Positions 10,801 to 20,100 of a DNA stretch of 64,000 bases are shown here, one piece after another (position 1 is the first letter of the stretch; each line of letters opens with the position of its first letter). A program made the position numbers and the translations under genes. Origin of the DNA: an uncultured Holophagales bacterium. GTDB lineage: Bacteria; Acidobacteriota; Thermoanaerobaculia; Multivoradales; UBA5704. Below the pieces are notes generated by a model. That model was not told where the DNA came from. It was given only the letters and a program-made list of their open reading frames with translations, and made no database searches. The stretch covers positions 1,312,001 to 1,376,000 of the forward strand of contig CAWJGT010000009.1 in the NCBI GenBank assembly GCA_963842525.1, in the 5' to 3' direction.

Positions 10801-13800
10801 CTGGTCGCCTCGGTCGACTCGCTCCAGGCGGCGATCGGCAATGACAAGGACAGCCTGACCACCGAGGTCTCCTACCGGATGAACCTCAAGGGTCCGAGCG
10901 TCCTTGTCCAGTCCTCCTCGTCGACATCGCTCACCGCGATCCACTACGCCTGCCAGAGCCTGCTGGCGGGCGAATGCGAGATGGCGATCACCGGCGGCTC
11001 GTCGATCCACGTGCCCGAGGTCTCGGGCTACCTCTACCACGAGGGAGGAACAACCGATCCCGACGGGCATTGCCGCACCTTCGACGCCGACGCCAAGGGG
11101 TTCGTCAGCGGCCACGGCGTGGGAGTCGTCGTCCTGAAGCGGCTTTCCGACGCCCTGGCTGACGGCGATCAGGTTCTGGCGGTGGTCAAGGGCTCGGCGT
11201 GCAACAACGACGGCGCGTTCAAGGTGAGCTACATGGCGCCGAGCGTCGACGGCCATGCCGAGGTGGTGCGGCTTGCCCAGGAGGCCGCGGGGGTGGGCCC
11301 CGAAACGATCACATATGTCGAGGCGCACGGCACCGGCACCCTGCTCGGCGACCCCATCGAGGTCGCGGCGCTCACGCAGGCGTTCCGCGCCGGCACTGAT
11401 AAAAAGCAATATTGCGCGCTGGGATCGATCAAGACCAATATCGGGCATCTGGACACGGCGGCAGGCGCGGCAGGCTTCATCAAGGCCGCGCTCTGTTTGC
11501 ATCACAAGACGATCCCGCCGATCCTCCACTTCAAGCGGCCGAACCCCAAGATCGATTTTGAGAGCAGCCCATTCTACGTCGCCACCGAGCTGCGGCCGTG
11601 GGACGTGCCGGAGGGCATGCCCCGGCGCGCCGGTGTCAGCTCGCTCGGCATGGGCGGCACCAACACGCACATGGTCCTGGAGGAGGCGCCGGAGGCAGAG
11701 CCTTCCGGACCGGCTCGCGAATGGCAGCTCCTGCCGTTGTCCACAAAGACCGCTTCGGCTCTGGAGAACCTGACGCTCGGCCTCGGCACCCATCTACGGG
11801 AGAGCCCGAATCTCTGTCTCGCCGACGCCGCCTGGACCCTGCAACAGGGAAGGCGGACCTTCGACCACCGGCGCGTCCTGGTCTGCCGCTCGGTCGAGGA
11901 CGGCGTCGAGGCGCTGGAGTCGCGCGATCCCGACCGGGTGCTCGACGGCTTCTGCGAGGCCGGCGAGCGGTCGGTCGCTTTCCTGTTCAGCGGCCAGGGG
12001 GCACAGTACCCGGATATGGGGCGCGGTCTTTATGACACGGAGGAGGTCTTCCGCCAGGAGATCGATCGCTGTGCTGAGATCCTCCGGCCGCACCTTGGCT
12101 TCGACCTGCGCGACGTGCTCTATCCCGGAGCCGACAGCGAGGAAGCGGCGCGGCGGCTCCAGCAGACGGCGGTCACGCAGCCGGCCCTGTTCACGGTCGA
12201 ATACGCACTCGCGCGGCTGTGGATGAGCTGGGGCGTGCGGCCGTCGGCGATGGCCGGCCATAGCATCGGCGAATACGTCGCGGCCTGTCTGGCCGGCGTG
12301 TTCGCCTTGGAGGATGCGCTGGCGCTGGTCGCCGAGCGCGGCCGGCTGATGCAGAGCATGCCGGCGGGCTCGATGCTCGCGGTGCCGCTCCCCGAGGCGG
12401 ACCTGCTGCCGCGGCTGGCACGTTTCCCCGAGGTGTCCCTCGCCACCATCAATCGGGTTGACCTCTGCGTGGTCTCCGGTCCGGGCGAGGCGATCGAGGC
12501 GCTTGAGAGGGAGCTTGCGGCGGAGGGTCTCGACTGCCGGCCGCTCCACACCTCGCACGCCTTCCACTCGGCCATGATGGACCCGATCCTGCCGGCCTTC
12601 ACGGCGGCGGTGGCCCGGGTGCCGCGGCACGCGCCGCGCATCCCCTACCTCTCGAACGTCACCGGCACCTGGATCCGGCCCGAGGAGGCCGTCGATCCCA
12701 CCTACTGGGCCCGCCAGCTCCGCGGCGCCGTCCGTTTCGCCGAAGCGGTCGCCGAGCTGTTCCGCGAGCCGGACCGTGTCCTGCTGGAGGTGGGGCCGGG
12801 CAACACGCTCGCCACGGCGGCGCGGCAGCACCCAACCCGGTCTGGTCACGCGGTGATCTCATCCCTGCGGCATCCCAAGGAACGGCACGAGGACGCGGCC
12901 TTCCTGACCGCGGCGCTCGGCAAGCTCTGGTTGGCGGGTGTCCCGGTCGACTGGACCTCCTGCCATGCGGAGGAGCGGCGGCTCCGGGTTCCACTTCCGA
13001 CCTATCCCTTCGAGCGCCAGCGATTCTGGGTGGAGCCCAAGAAGCCGGATTTCGCCACGAAGCGCGAGTCGTCCGACCTGGCCGACTGGTTCCACGCGCC
13101 TGTCTGGAAGCGGTCCAAGGCCCCGCTGCCGCTGCCCGACAATCTGGCAGGGGAGAGCTGGCTGCTCTTCGTCGACGGGCTCGGGCTGGGCGCGCGGCTG
13201 GCAGAGCGGCTGCGCGAGCTGGGCGCCGAGGTGGCCGCGGTCGAGATCGGCGACTTCTACGAAAGAGCGGGGGAGAGCACCTGGCGGCTCGATCCGCGGC
13301 GTGAGGAGGATTACGACTCCCTGCTCGCGGAGCTGGCCGACGAAAGTAAAACCCCGCGCCGGATCGTCCACCTCTGGACCGTGACCGGCGAGGGGGAGAC
13401 CCTCGGCCTCCAGGGAGCGCTCGATCTGGGCTTTTACAGTCTGCTCTTCCTGGCACGCGCCCTGGGCAAGCGGAACGGCGAGGCGAAGGTGGACCTCCTG
13501 GCGGTCTCCTCGGGCGTGCAGGAAGTGACCGGCGAGGAGCCGCTGGAGCCGGAGCGGGCCACCCTGCTCGGCCCCTGCAAGGTGATCCCGCGCGAATTTC
13601 CGAATATCGGCTGCTGGACGGTCGATGTCCCGGGCCGCTTGCCCCGGGCGGGCGTGCTCGCATCCTTGATCGACAGCCTCCTCGCGGAAGCGGTGGCCGG
13701 CGCGGCGGACCACGTCCTCGCCTGGCGCGGCGCGCACCGGTGGGTGCAGGCGTGGGAGCCGGTGCGGCTGGAGAAGGACGCGGGCCGGCCAAGGCTGCGC

Positions 13801-14982
13801 GAGGGTGGCGTCTATCTGCTCACCGGCGGCCTGGGCGGCATCGGCCTGGCCGTGGCGGAGCGGCTGGCCACCACCTGGCGGGCCAAGCTGATCCTGGCCG
13901 GCCGCTCCGGCCTGCCCGAGCGGGCCACATGGGAAAGCTGGCTGGCACAGCACGGCGAGGACGACCGGACGAGCCGTCGCATCCGCACGGTGCGGCGCCT
14001 GGAAGAGCTGGGGGCCGAAGTCCTGGTGGCCGCCGCCGACAGCTCCGACCGGCAGGCGATGGCCGGGGTCAAGGCGCAGTCGCTTGCGCGCTTCGGCCGG
14101 ATCGACGGCGTCTTCCATGCCGCGGGCGTTCCTGGCATGGGACTGATCCAGACCAAGACCCGCGAGGCCGTCGAGCGGGTGCTGGCGCCCAAGGTCCGGG
14201 GCACGCTGATCCTGGCGGACCTCTTCCGCGAGCAGGCCGGTTTCCTGGTCCTCTTCTCCTCGGTCACCTCGGTCCTGTCGCAGCCGGGCCAGTCCGACTA
14301 TGCGGCGGCCAACGCCTTCCTCGACGCCTTCGCGCAGGCGGAAAACGCCCGCGGCGGCCCCTTTACGCTGTCGGTGAACTGGGACGCCTGGCAGGAGGTC
14401 GGCATGGCGGTCGAGACCGAGGTGCCGGCGGAGCTCAAGGCCTGGCGCGAGGAGAGCCTGCGCAGGGGTTTGTCGCCGGCCCAGGGCGTCGAAGCGCTGG
14501 AGCGGGCGTTGCGCGCATCCATCGCACAGGTGGCGGTGTCGCGGCAGGACTTCCAGACGCGGATCGAGGAGAGCTGGGCCGCGCGCAGCCTGGAGGAAGA
14601 GCTGGCCACGCCCGAGGTGCGGGAGGTGCACACCCGGCCGGCGCTGTCGAGCGCCTTCGTGGCGCCCCGCAACGAGATGGAGGAGAAGATTGCCGCCGTC
14701 TGGCAAGGGGTCCTGGGGCTCGATCAGGTCGGAGTCAATGATAATTTCTTCGACCTGGGCGGCAACTCGCTGATCGGCCTCAAGGTGATCTCCCGGCTCA
14801 AAGCCGAGTTTCCGGGAGCGGACGTCTCCGCTGTCACCCTGTTCGAGGGGCCGACGGTCGGCGCCCTGGCCCGGCTCCTCCAGCCGGTCGAAGAAGGTGG
14901 AGCCGCGCCGGTCCAGGCGATCGAAGAGCGGCGGAGCCGCGGCGCGCTGCGCCGCGAGAAGCAGCGCCAGCGCAGGGTTTAG
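4819..14982 (+). CDS. Hybrid NRPS/PKS starter: FAAL-ACP-C-A-PCP-KS-AT-KR-ACP
   Basis: FAAL (AFLQYTSGST, WLPLYHDLGLIG, CYGLAE, YPQDIE). ACP GLDSL. C HHIMGD. A (YTSGSTG, YRTGD). PCP GGHSL. KS (EAHGTGT, KTNIGHL, active site VQSSSSTS). AT GHSIG/HAFH. KR GGLGGIG...DYAAAN. ACP GGNSL. RBS GGAGG upstream. Confidence 0.95.
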   Translation: MTRLSDGPLAGASSLVEVLRHRALAQPDRLAYRFLADGEVEEATFTYAELDRKARAIAATLQDLGAAGERILLLYPASLDYVAAFYGCLYAGAIAVPAYPPRPNRPMPRIRAIVADAQARIALTTQAVFATIERRIEDLPDLQALTWRTTDDLPAGPEDMWRDPSVGLETLAFLQYTSGSTATPKGVMVSHGNLIHNERLIEVACEHTGETPCVSWLPLYHDLGLIGNMIQSLWVGTPCTLMSPVSFLQSPIRWLRAVSTYGGHTSGGPNFAYELCVAKTTPEQREGLDLSSWRVAFNGAEPVRQETLEKFVSVFEPYGFRREALFPCYGLAETTLIVTGPGKHAPHVHKSFRGDELSRNRVVEAAAGDEAATRELVGCGAVLGGQDVRIVDHETLIACETGSVGEIWVAGPSVARGYWNRTEETEQAFGARPGLTPGATQSRPPGSGIPDSGEPGGRHSVAQGVNPGRGSEDGSYPYLRTGDLGFFQDDQLYITGRLKDLIILRGVNHYPQDIELTVERSHPSLRPGCGAAFSVEVDGEERLAVVQEIQREQRRADFDEIVAAVRKAVAAEHEVQLWGLAVIKPGSLPKTSSGKIQRRQSKADFLAGAVDLVGEWRESGAGAADAADLEVPDELRTREDVERWLIVRVASLAGVAPTEIAPERAIGDWGLDSLKAIELMHSIEERTGVSLPMESFFGGLTLAEVIDRVVTERIAAPAEGTLVHEGEETGDFALSDGQKALWFLWRLEPASPAYNLPAAVRITSQVDAEALRRAFQALVDRHPALRTTFAVGESGDPVQRVAPASVVDFEVVDAAGWSEEDLRARLDEEAHRSFDLEQGPLFRVRLYLRTGEPVLLLNMHHIMGDFWSLSVLARELGALLLPPSPGGGECGWERGARGVRALRFTDYVRWQRELLAGADGERLLGWWRERLAGELPVLDLSTDRPRPPVQTYRGSAVRFRIDPELTARLKTVGQSRQATLYMTLLAAFQALLHRWTGQPDLLVGSPSAGRGRASLAGVVGYFVNPVVLRADLSRELSFGDLLEQARGGVLGAFEHQDYPFPALVEHLQPQRDPSRSPIFQVMFALQNAPIPELTAFAVGEEGATVELGGLRLAHMALPQRIAQFNLTLSMGESGGSLAATLDFNTDLFDAGTAERMARSLQTLLAAAAVEPGRHISGLPVLAEDERRQVLAEWNATGAPEGEALVHELFAAQVARDPYATAVVYRGERLIYRELERRADAVAARLWELGAGPEILVGLCAERSLELVVGILAILKSGAGYLPLDPEAPAERLAFLVKDAGVQVVVTQSHLGLRWPEGIEVVSPSQPFPMGELNPVGVAGISPGFQSRESGASSDPRSPARGDRNPADEPLPPLPGLMEGDGLPFPGLKARANSGRPYGADFTPMGQGGEGSACLIYTSGSTGEPKGVLLTHRNLAGLIASFVRDYAPGSGDAVLPLTSVASASFVGEVLPALAAGAAVVLPDKEELLDFEKLTSLIAASGVSILSTVPSLLAGLNAMKDRLPKLRLLLSGGEALSAGDVDRLLGTTEIVNGYGLTETTICSTIHRVERIDFERGTIPIGQPVLGHQAYVLDGHLEPRPVGCPGELFLAGCGLARGYHGNPAGTAERFLPDPFAPDSRMYRTGDLARWRPDGSLEYLGRADQQVKIRGFRIELGEIESVLGRHPAVREAAVVARQDTGEKRLAAYVVFREGESATAGDLLAFLREKLPEAMIPAAFVPLPALPLTANGKLDVKALPVPEQLRPELAHAYVAPRGDLERIIAEVWRGALQVEKVGIHDNFFDLGGHSLLMTRVHARLKEVLPADLSLIDLFRYPTISSLARFLAPGDAAPVLPTRPVRQRGEREDIAIIAMSGRFPGARTANELWRNLVDRVESIHRFTDEELLAAGIDAEMVANPNYIKAKGILGDIEMFDASFFGHNPRSAELTDPQHRVFLECAWEALELAGYDPDRYPGRIGVFAGQSMNTYWLSNLYYHVDLVASVDSLQAAIGNDKDSLTTEVSYRMNLKGPSVLVQSSSSTSLTAIHYACQSLLAGECEMAITGGSSIHVPEVSGYLYHEGGTTDPDGHCRTFDADAKGFVSGHGVGVVVLKRLSDALADGDQVLAVVKGSACNNDGAFKVSYMAPSVDGHAEVVRLAQEAAGVGPETITYVEAHGTGTLLGDPIEVAALTQAFRAGTDKKQYCALGSIKTNIGHLDTAAGAAGFIKAALCLHHKTIPPILHFKRPNPKIDFESSPFYVATELRPWDVPEGMPRRAGVSSLGMGGTNTHMVLEEAPEAEPSGPAREWQLLPLSTKTASALENLTLGLGTHLRESPNLCLADAAWTLQQGRRTFDHRRVLVCRSVEDGVEALESRDPDRVLDGFCEAGERSVAFLFSGQGAQYPDMGRGLYDTEEVFRQEIDRCAEILRPHLGFDLRDVLYPGADSEEAARRLQQTAVTQPALFTVEYALARLWMSWGVRPSAMAGHSIGEYVAACLAGVFALEDALALVAERGRLMQSMPAGSMLAVPLPEADLLPRLARFPEVSLATINRVDLCVVSGPGEAIEALERELAAEGLDCRPLHTSHAFHSAMMDPILPAFTAAVARVPRHAPRIPYLSNVTGTWIRPEEAVDPTYWARQLRGAVRFAEAVAELFREPDRVLLEVGPGNTLATAARQHPTRSGHAVISSLRHPKERHEDAAFLTAALGKLWLAGVPVDWTSCHAEERRLRVPLPTYPFERQRFWVEPKKPDFATKRESSDLADWFHAPVWKRSKAPLPLPDNLAGESWLLFVDGLGLGARLAERLRELGAEVAAVEIGDFYERAGESTWRLDPRREEDYDSLLAELADESKTPRRIVHLWTVTGEGETLGLQGALDLGFYSLLFLARALGKRNGEAKVDLLAVSSGVQEVTGEEPLEPERATLLGPCKVIPREFPNIGCWTVDVPGRLPRAGVLASLIDSLLAEAVAGAADHVLAWRGAHRWVQAWEPVRLEKDAGRPRLREGGVYLLTGGLGGIGLAVAERLATTWRAKLILAGRSGLPERATWESWLAQHGEDDRTSRRIRTVRRLEELGAEVLVAAADSSDRQAMAGVKAQSLARFGRIDGVFHAAGVPGMGLIQTKTREAVERVLAPKVRGTLILADLFREQAGFLVLFSSVTSVLSQPGQSDYAAANAFLDAFAQAENARGGPFTLSVNWDAWQEVGMAVETEVPAELKAWREESLRRGLSPAQGVEALERALRASIAQVAVSRQDFQTRIEESWAARSLEEELATPEVREVHTRPALSSAFVAPRNEMEEKIAAVWQGVLGLDQVGVNDNFFDLGGNSLIGLKVISRLKAEFPGADVSAVTLFEGPTVGALARLLQPVEEGGAAPVQAIEERRSRGALRREKQRQRRV
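6112..6224. repeat. In-frame inverted-repeat (REP-like) insertion in the FAAL domain
   Basis: Arms CGCCCCGGGTTGACACCCGGGGCTACCCAGTCTCGCCCTCCGGGCTC and GAGCCCGGAGGGCGGCATTCGGTAGCCCAGGGTGTGAACCCTGGGCG are imperfect reverse complements. Lies between GYWNR and YLRTGD. Confidence 0.85.
7460..7519. repeat. CCCCTCTCCC...GGGAGAGGGG...GGGGTGAGGG palindromic element (half), in frame in a C domain
   Basis: Same family at 25224, 25751, 33462 and 34825. Translates PPSPGGGECGWERGARGVR. Confidence 0.85.
8783..9048. repeat. Nested MITE/REP-like palindromic insertion, in frame, just before the A3 motif
   Basis: Outer ends GCCCCTCAC/GTGAGGGC. Inner arms CCCCGTAGGGGTGGCCGGAATTAGCCCGGG (from 8817) and CCCGGGCTAATTCCGGCCGCCCCTACGGGG (to 9013). 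Innermost pair about 8887-8907 / 8925-8945. Confidence 0.85.
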
Positions 14983-15001
14983 ATTAGAAAAGGAGTCTGC
15001 A

Positions 15002-15934
15002 ATGAGAAGAGCATTCGCCGCCGCGCTTCTGGTCCTGGCGGTCGTAGGGTCCGCCGCGGCCCAGGTGATCAAAGATCTCCCGGGCGACCTCGACGCGCTC
15101 GTGGCTGCGGAGCGCGCCTTCGCGAAGGCGTCCGTGGAGAAGGGGATGATGGACGCCTTCCGCGCCTACATCGCGGACGACTCCGTCCTGTTCCGTCCCG
15201 GGCCGGTGCCCGGCAAGCAGTGGCTGGGGACCCGTCCGAATCCGCCCATCACCCTGGACTGGCGGCCGGTCCACGCCGACATCGCCCGCTCCGGCGACCT
15301 CGGCTGGACCACGGGCCCCTTCGAGATCAGCCGTTCGGGGTCGGACCAGAAGACCCACGGCCACTACATGACGATCTGGCGCAAGCAGCCGGATGGCAAT
15401 TTCCGGTTCGTCATCGACATTGGAATCGGGACTCCGACAGCGGCGCCCGCGGGCGGCGAGCCCGGGCCGCTCAAGCCGGAGAAGGAGGGCGGCGCGCCGG
15501 CCGTTGATGCGAAAGCGACCGAAGCGTCGTTGCTGGAAACCGACCGGACCCTGGCGAAGAACGGAGTCGCGCAGGGGATCGCATCCGCTTTCTCGCCGGT
15601 CCTCGCCACGGACGCCCGGCTGATGCGCAATGGCGCGCAACCCTCCGCCGGCAAGGAAGCGGTCCAGAAGGCGCTGGCGGAAGAGAAGGCGCGTTTCACC
15701 TGGGAGCCGATCGCCGCGCACGCCTCGGCCGCGGGCGACCTCGGCTACGTCTACGGCACCTACGAGCGCACCGAAGGAGAAGCAACGGAGAAGGGGCACT
15801 ACGTGAGGATCTGGGACCGCGCACCGGGAGGCCCCTGGAAGCTGTCCATGGACATCATCAATCCCCTCCCTCCGCCGCCACCCCCGGCGGCTCCGGCACC
15901 GCCGCCGCCTGCCGAGAAGCCGCCCCAGGTCTGA
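15002..15934 (+). CDS. Secreted tandem NTF2/SnoaL-like (DUF4440-like) protein with Pro-rich tail
   Basis: RBS AAGGAG, signal peptide, two repeats each with W.P..A....(S/A)GDLG(W/Y)..G.(F/Y) and G.Y..IW motifs. Begins 19 nt after the hybrid gene. Confidence 0.75.
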   Translation: MRRAFAAALLVLAVVGSAAAQVIKDLPGDLDALVAAERAFAKASVEKGMMDAFRAYIADDSVLFRPGPVPGKQWLGTRPNPPITLDWRPVHADIARSGDLGWTTGPFEISRSGSDQKTHGHYMTIWRKQPDGNFRFVIDIGIGTPTAAPAGGEPGPLKPEKEGGAPAVDAKATEASLLETDRTLAKNGVAQGIASAFSPVLATDARLMRNGAQPSAGKEAVQKALAEEKARFTWEPIAAHASAAGDLGYVYGTYERTEGEATEKGHYVRIWDRAPGGPWKLSMDIINPLPPPPPPAAPAPPPPAEKPPQV

Positions 15935-15949
15935 TCGCTCGCGAGAGCA

Positions 15950-16870
15950 CTATCCGAGCCCGATCTCCTCGAAGGATCGGGCTCGGAGCACGTCTCCCGC
16001 CAGGCGTGTCAGGCGATCCAGGGATTCGATCTCCTCGACTTGTCGGCGGATGCGATCGGGGATGGCTCCAAAGCGCTCGCCGAGCAGATGGAGGACGACC
16101 CGCCGGGCTCCCTGCTCCTGCCCCTCTTGCCTGCCCGTCTGCATTCCCTCTTCACGTCCTTGCGCGATCATTCGTTCCGCCCAGGTCATTGCCATGGTTT
16201 GAACCTCCTGATTCTCGTCGAGGTGGCTCAGGGACTGAAGCTCCGCGGCCTCCTCGGGGTTCAATTCTAAATACGACTCGACGCAGTTGACCAGTAGGAG
16301 TCTTTGGACATCGCTCAACTCGGCAGAAGCGATCTTCCGCAGACAGGTGAGCTTGTGGTGGACGCGGCTGAGGGTCCCGCGGTCCATCAGAGCCGCTAGA
16401 CCCCAAGCCAGAGGCTCCGGCCTGGTGAGGTATGCAGTGGCGCTGCAACCGGCGAGGCCGAAGCTGAAATAGTGGAATCCTTCGAGCTCCGGCCCGAGGA
16501 GGTCGTCGTCCAAGACCTCCAGGTGGATGCCTGGCTTCCCCCTTCGCACGTTGACCACGATAGGTAGGACCCGGCAGTTGTGCAAGGCCTGGATCTGGTT
16601 CCGGTAGCCCCACATGCGTCGTCCCATTCCATCCGTCGCGCGGGCCTCGATCTCCACGTGCACCAGCAGGAAATCGTCGCTGTCCTGAAGATCGACCTTC
16701 GCGAGCAGGTCGACCTCGCGGCGCGTCCCCTTCAGCCAGTCGGTGAAGAGCTCCTTGTCCAGGAAGGTGGGGCAGGAGAGATCGAGCCGCTCCGTGATCC
16801 TGGGGAAGACCAGGCGGAGGAGGTCGGGTAGGAAGGCCCGGAACAGGCCCTTGAAGATCCGGTCGTGCAT
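15950..16870 (-). CDS. Rpn/YhgA-like recombination-promoting nuclease / putative transposase (PD-(D/E)xK, DUF4351-like C-terminus)
   Basis: HDRIFKGLF, DKELF, EVDLL, LVHVEIE, GREEG-type linker and LL.ERFG.IP C-terminal domain. Confidence 0.8.
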   Translation of the reverse strand: MHDRIFKGLFRAFLPDLLRLVFPRITERLDLSCPTFLDKELFTDWLKGTRREVDLLAKVDLQDSDDFLLVHVEIEARATDGMGRRMWGYRNQIQALHNCRVLPIVVNVRRGKPGIHLEVLDDDLLGPELEGFHYFSFGLAGCSATAYLTRPEPLAWGLAALMDRGTLSRVHHKLTCLRKIASAELSDVQRLLLVNCVESYLELNPEEAAELQSLSHLDENQEVQTMAMTWAERMIAQGREEGMQTGRQEGQEQGARRVVLHLLGERFGAIPDRIRRQVEEIESLDRLTRLAGDVLRARSFEEIGLG

Positions 16871-17139
16871 GACGCGGCGTCTCCCGGAGGACAGGCCGCC
16901 GCCCGTCGGCGCGCACGCCTCCGTGTCTACCCCTTAAAAAGACGAAAAACGGCAGCCGAATCTTGCATAACTCGCCAAAGTTGTTGAAATTTGTCGGAAC
17001 CGGGGCGGGGGGGGCCATGCGCCGGTCTCGTCTGCTTGTGGCCTCCACCCCTGCTGAGGGGCCATGCTACCCTTCCTCGTTCCGACCTCTGGGGCGCTTA
17101 TGGGTCTCGCCCGGCACCTATAGGTAAGAAGAGGACGAT

Positions 17140-20100
17140 ATGGATACTCTCGATCGGATCGCAATCATCGGGATGGCCGGACGTTTCCCCGGCGCGAGGG
17201 ACGTCGACGAGCTGTGGCGCAATCTGCGCGGCGGGGTCGAGTCGATCACCCGGTTCACCGAGGAGGAGCTGGCCGCCAACGGGGTGGCTCCCGAGCTGCT
17301 CGCCGACCCGGCCTACGTGAGGGCCCGCGGGGTGCTCGACGGCGTGGAGCTGTTCGACGCCGAATTCTTCGGCTTCACGCCGCGCGAGGCGGAGCTGATG
17401 GACCCCCAGCACCGGCTCTTCCTCGAATGCGCCTGGCAGGCCTGCGAGAACGCCGGCTATGACCCGCAGGGCTTCGCGGGGCGGGTCGGCGTCTTCGGAG
17501 GCTCGGCCTCGACCAGCTATTTCGCCTTCAATCTCCTGTCGAATCCATCCCTCCTCGCCGAGGCCGGCGGGCTCCAGATCAAGCTCTTGAACGACAAGGA
17601 CTTCCTGACCACCCATACCTCGTACAAGCTCAACCTGCGCGGTCCCAGCGTGGCGGTGCAGACGGCCTGCTCGACCTCGCTCGTGGCGATCCACATCGCC
17701 TGCCAGGCGCTGCTCGGCGGCGAGTGCGACCTGGCGCTGGCCGGCGGGGTCGGGGTGAGCTTCCCGCACCGCACCGGCTATCTCTTCGAGGAGGGGAACA
17801 TCGGCTCGCCGGACGGCCACTGCCGGGCTTTCGACGAGAATGCCCGCGGGACGGTCGAGGGGAACGGCGCCGGTGTGGTGCTGCTCAAGCGCCTGGCCGA
17901 TGCGCTGGCCGACGGCGATACGGTGCATGCGGTGATCCTGGGCTCGGCCATCAACAACGACGGCGCGGCCAAGGCGGGCTATACGGCGCCGAGTGTCGAG
18001 AGCCAGACCGAGGCGGTGGCGGAGGCCCTGGTCGTCGCCCAGGTCGAGCCGGACACGATCGGCTATGTCGAGGCGCACGGCAGCGGCACCCCGCTGGGCG
18101 ATCCGATCGAGGTGCAGGCGCTGACGCGCGCCTTCCGCGCCTCGACCGACCGCCAGGGATTCTGCGGCCTCGGCTCGATCAAGACCAATATCGGGCACGC
18201 GGACGCCGCCGCGGGGGTGGCCGGTCTGATCAAGACGGTGCAGGCCCTGAAGCACGGCCAGATCCCGCCGAGCCTCCACTTCGAGCGGCCCAATCCGGCC
18301 CTTGGCCTGGAGGAGAGCCCGTTCTACGTCAGCACCGCCCTGCGCGACTGGCCGGTGGGAGCTGAGCCGCGCCGGGCCGGCGTCAATTCGCTGGGGATCG
18401 GCGGCACGAACGCGCACATCGTGCTCGAAGAGGCCCCGCCGCCGGAGCCGTCTTCTCCCTCGCGGCCCTGGCAGCTTCTCGTGCTGTCGGCCCGCACCGC
18501 GTCCGCCCTGGACGCGGCGACGGCGAACCTGGCAGGCTGGTTGGAAGACTCCGAGCGATCGATCAATCTCGCAGACGCGACCCACACGTTGCGGGTGGGA
18601 CGCAAGACTTTTCGCTATCGCCGCGCCCTGGTCTGCCGCGATGGAGAAGAGGCAGCCCGTCTCCTCCGGAACGCAGAGCCGGGACGGCTGATCACCGCCG
18701 ATGCCGGGACCTCCGGAGAAGAGGCGCCGGGCGTCGCCTTCCTGTTTCCCGGGCTCGGGGACCATTACGCCGGGATGGGTGCCGAGCTGTACCAGCGCGA
18801 GCCGGTCTTCCGCGAGGCGATCGACCGCTGCGCCGAGCTGCTCCGTCCCCACCTGGGCGTCGACATCCGCGAGGTGCTCTATCCCGAAGGGGCCGCCGAG
18901 CCCCCTTCCGGCCCTCCTGGAACGTCGGCGAAGTCCGACCTGCGCCGCCTCCTTGCCGAGGAGAAGGAGCCCGGGGACGACGGGCTCGGGCAGACCCTCG
19001 TGGCCCATCCCGCGGTCTTCGCCGTCGAGTATGCTCTGGCGCAGCTCTGGATGGAGTGGGGCATCCGCCCGCAGGCCCTGCTCGGCTACAGCCTGGGCGA
19101 GTACGTGGCCGCCTGCCTCGCCGGGGTCTTCTCCCTGGAGGACGCCCTCGCCCTGGTCGCCGCACGCGCCCGGCTGATCGACGGCCTGCCGGGCGGCGCC
19201 ATGCTGGCCGTGCCGCTGCCGGCCGCCGAGGTCGAGCCCCTGCTGCGGTTACTGCCGGCGGAGCTCTCTCTGTGCGCCGCGAACGGTCCGGCCCTCTCGG
19301 TCGTCGGCGGCCCGTCCGCGGCGGTGGAGGAGCTGGCACGCGGGCTCGCCGCGCGGGGAATCGCCAGCCGCCGCCTCCAGACGGTACACGCCTTCCATTC
19401 GCGGATGATGGAGCCGGTCGTCGCGGACCTCGCGCGGGTGGCACGCGGCATCACCTTCGCGCCGCCGCGCATCCCCTTTGTCTCGAATGTGACCGGCACC
19501 TGGATCACCGATGCCGAGGCGACCGATCCCGGCTACTGGGCGCGGCACCTGCGCGAGACGGTCCGCTTCGCCGAAGGGCTGGAAGCGCTGATGGCTCGGG
19601 CAGATGCGGGAGACAGACCGCGCATCCTCCTCGAGGTCGGGCCCGGCCAGGCCCTCGGCACCCTCGCCCGGCAGCACCCCGCGCGGCCCGCCGGGCAGGT
19701 CGAGGTCTCCTCGCTGCGCGACCGTCGTGACGACGTCTCCGACCAGGCGTTCCTGCTCGACGCCCTCGGCCGTCTCTGGCTCGCCGGCGCGGCACCGGAC
19801 TGGACCGCTTTCGCCGCCGGAGAGAGCCGCCGCCGCGTGCCGCTGCCGACCTATCCCTTCGAGCGGCGCCGTTACTTCATCGAGCCCGGAGCCGTGAATG
19901 CCGCCGCGCCGGGGGCCGGCTCCCGGAGCCCCCTCGACGACTGGTTCTACACCCCGGTCTGGGAGCGTGCGCCCGCGCTGGCGTCACCCGCCCTTGAGCC
20001 GGACAGTCCCTGGATGTTGTTCCTCGACGAGCTTGGCCTGGGCGAGCGCGTGGCTGCACGGCTGGAGGCGCACGGACATACCGTGTTCCGCGTCGCGAAG

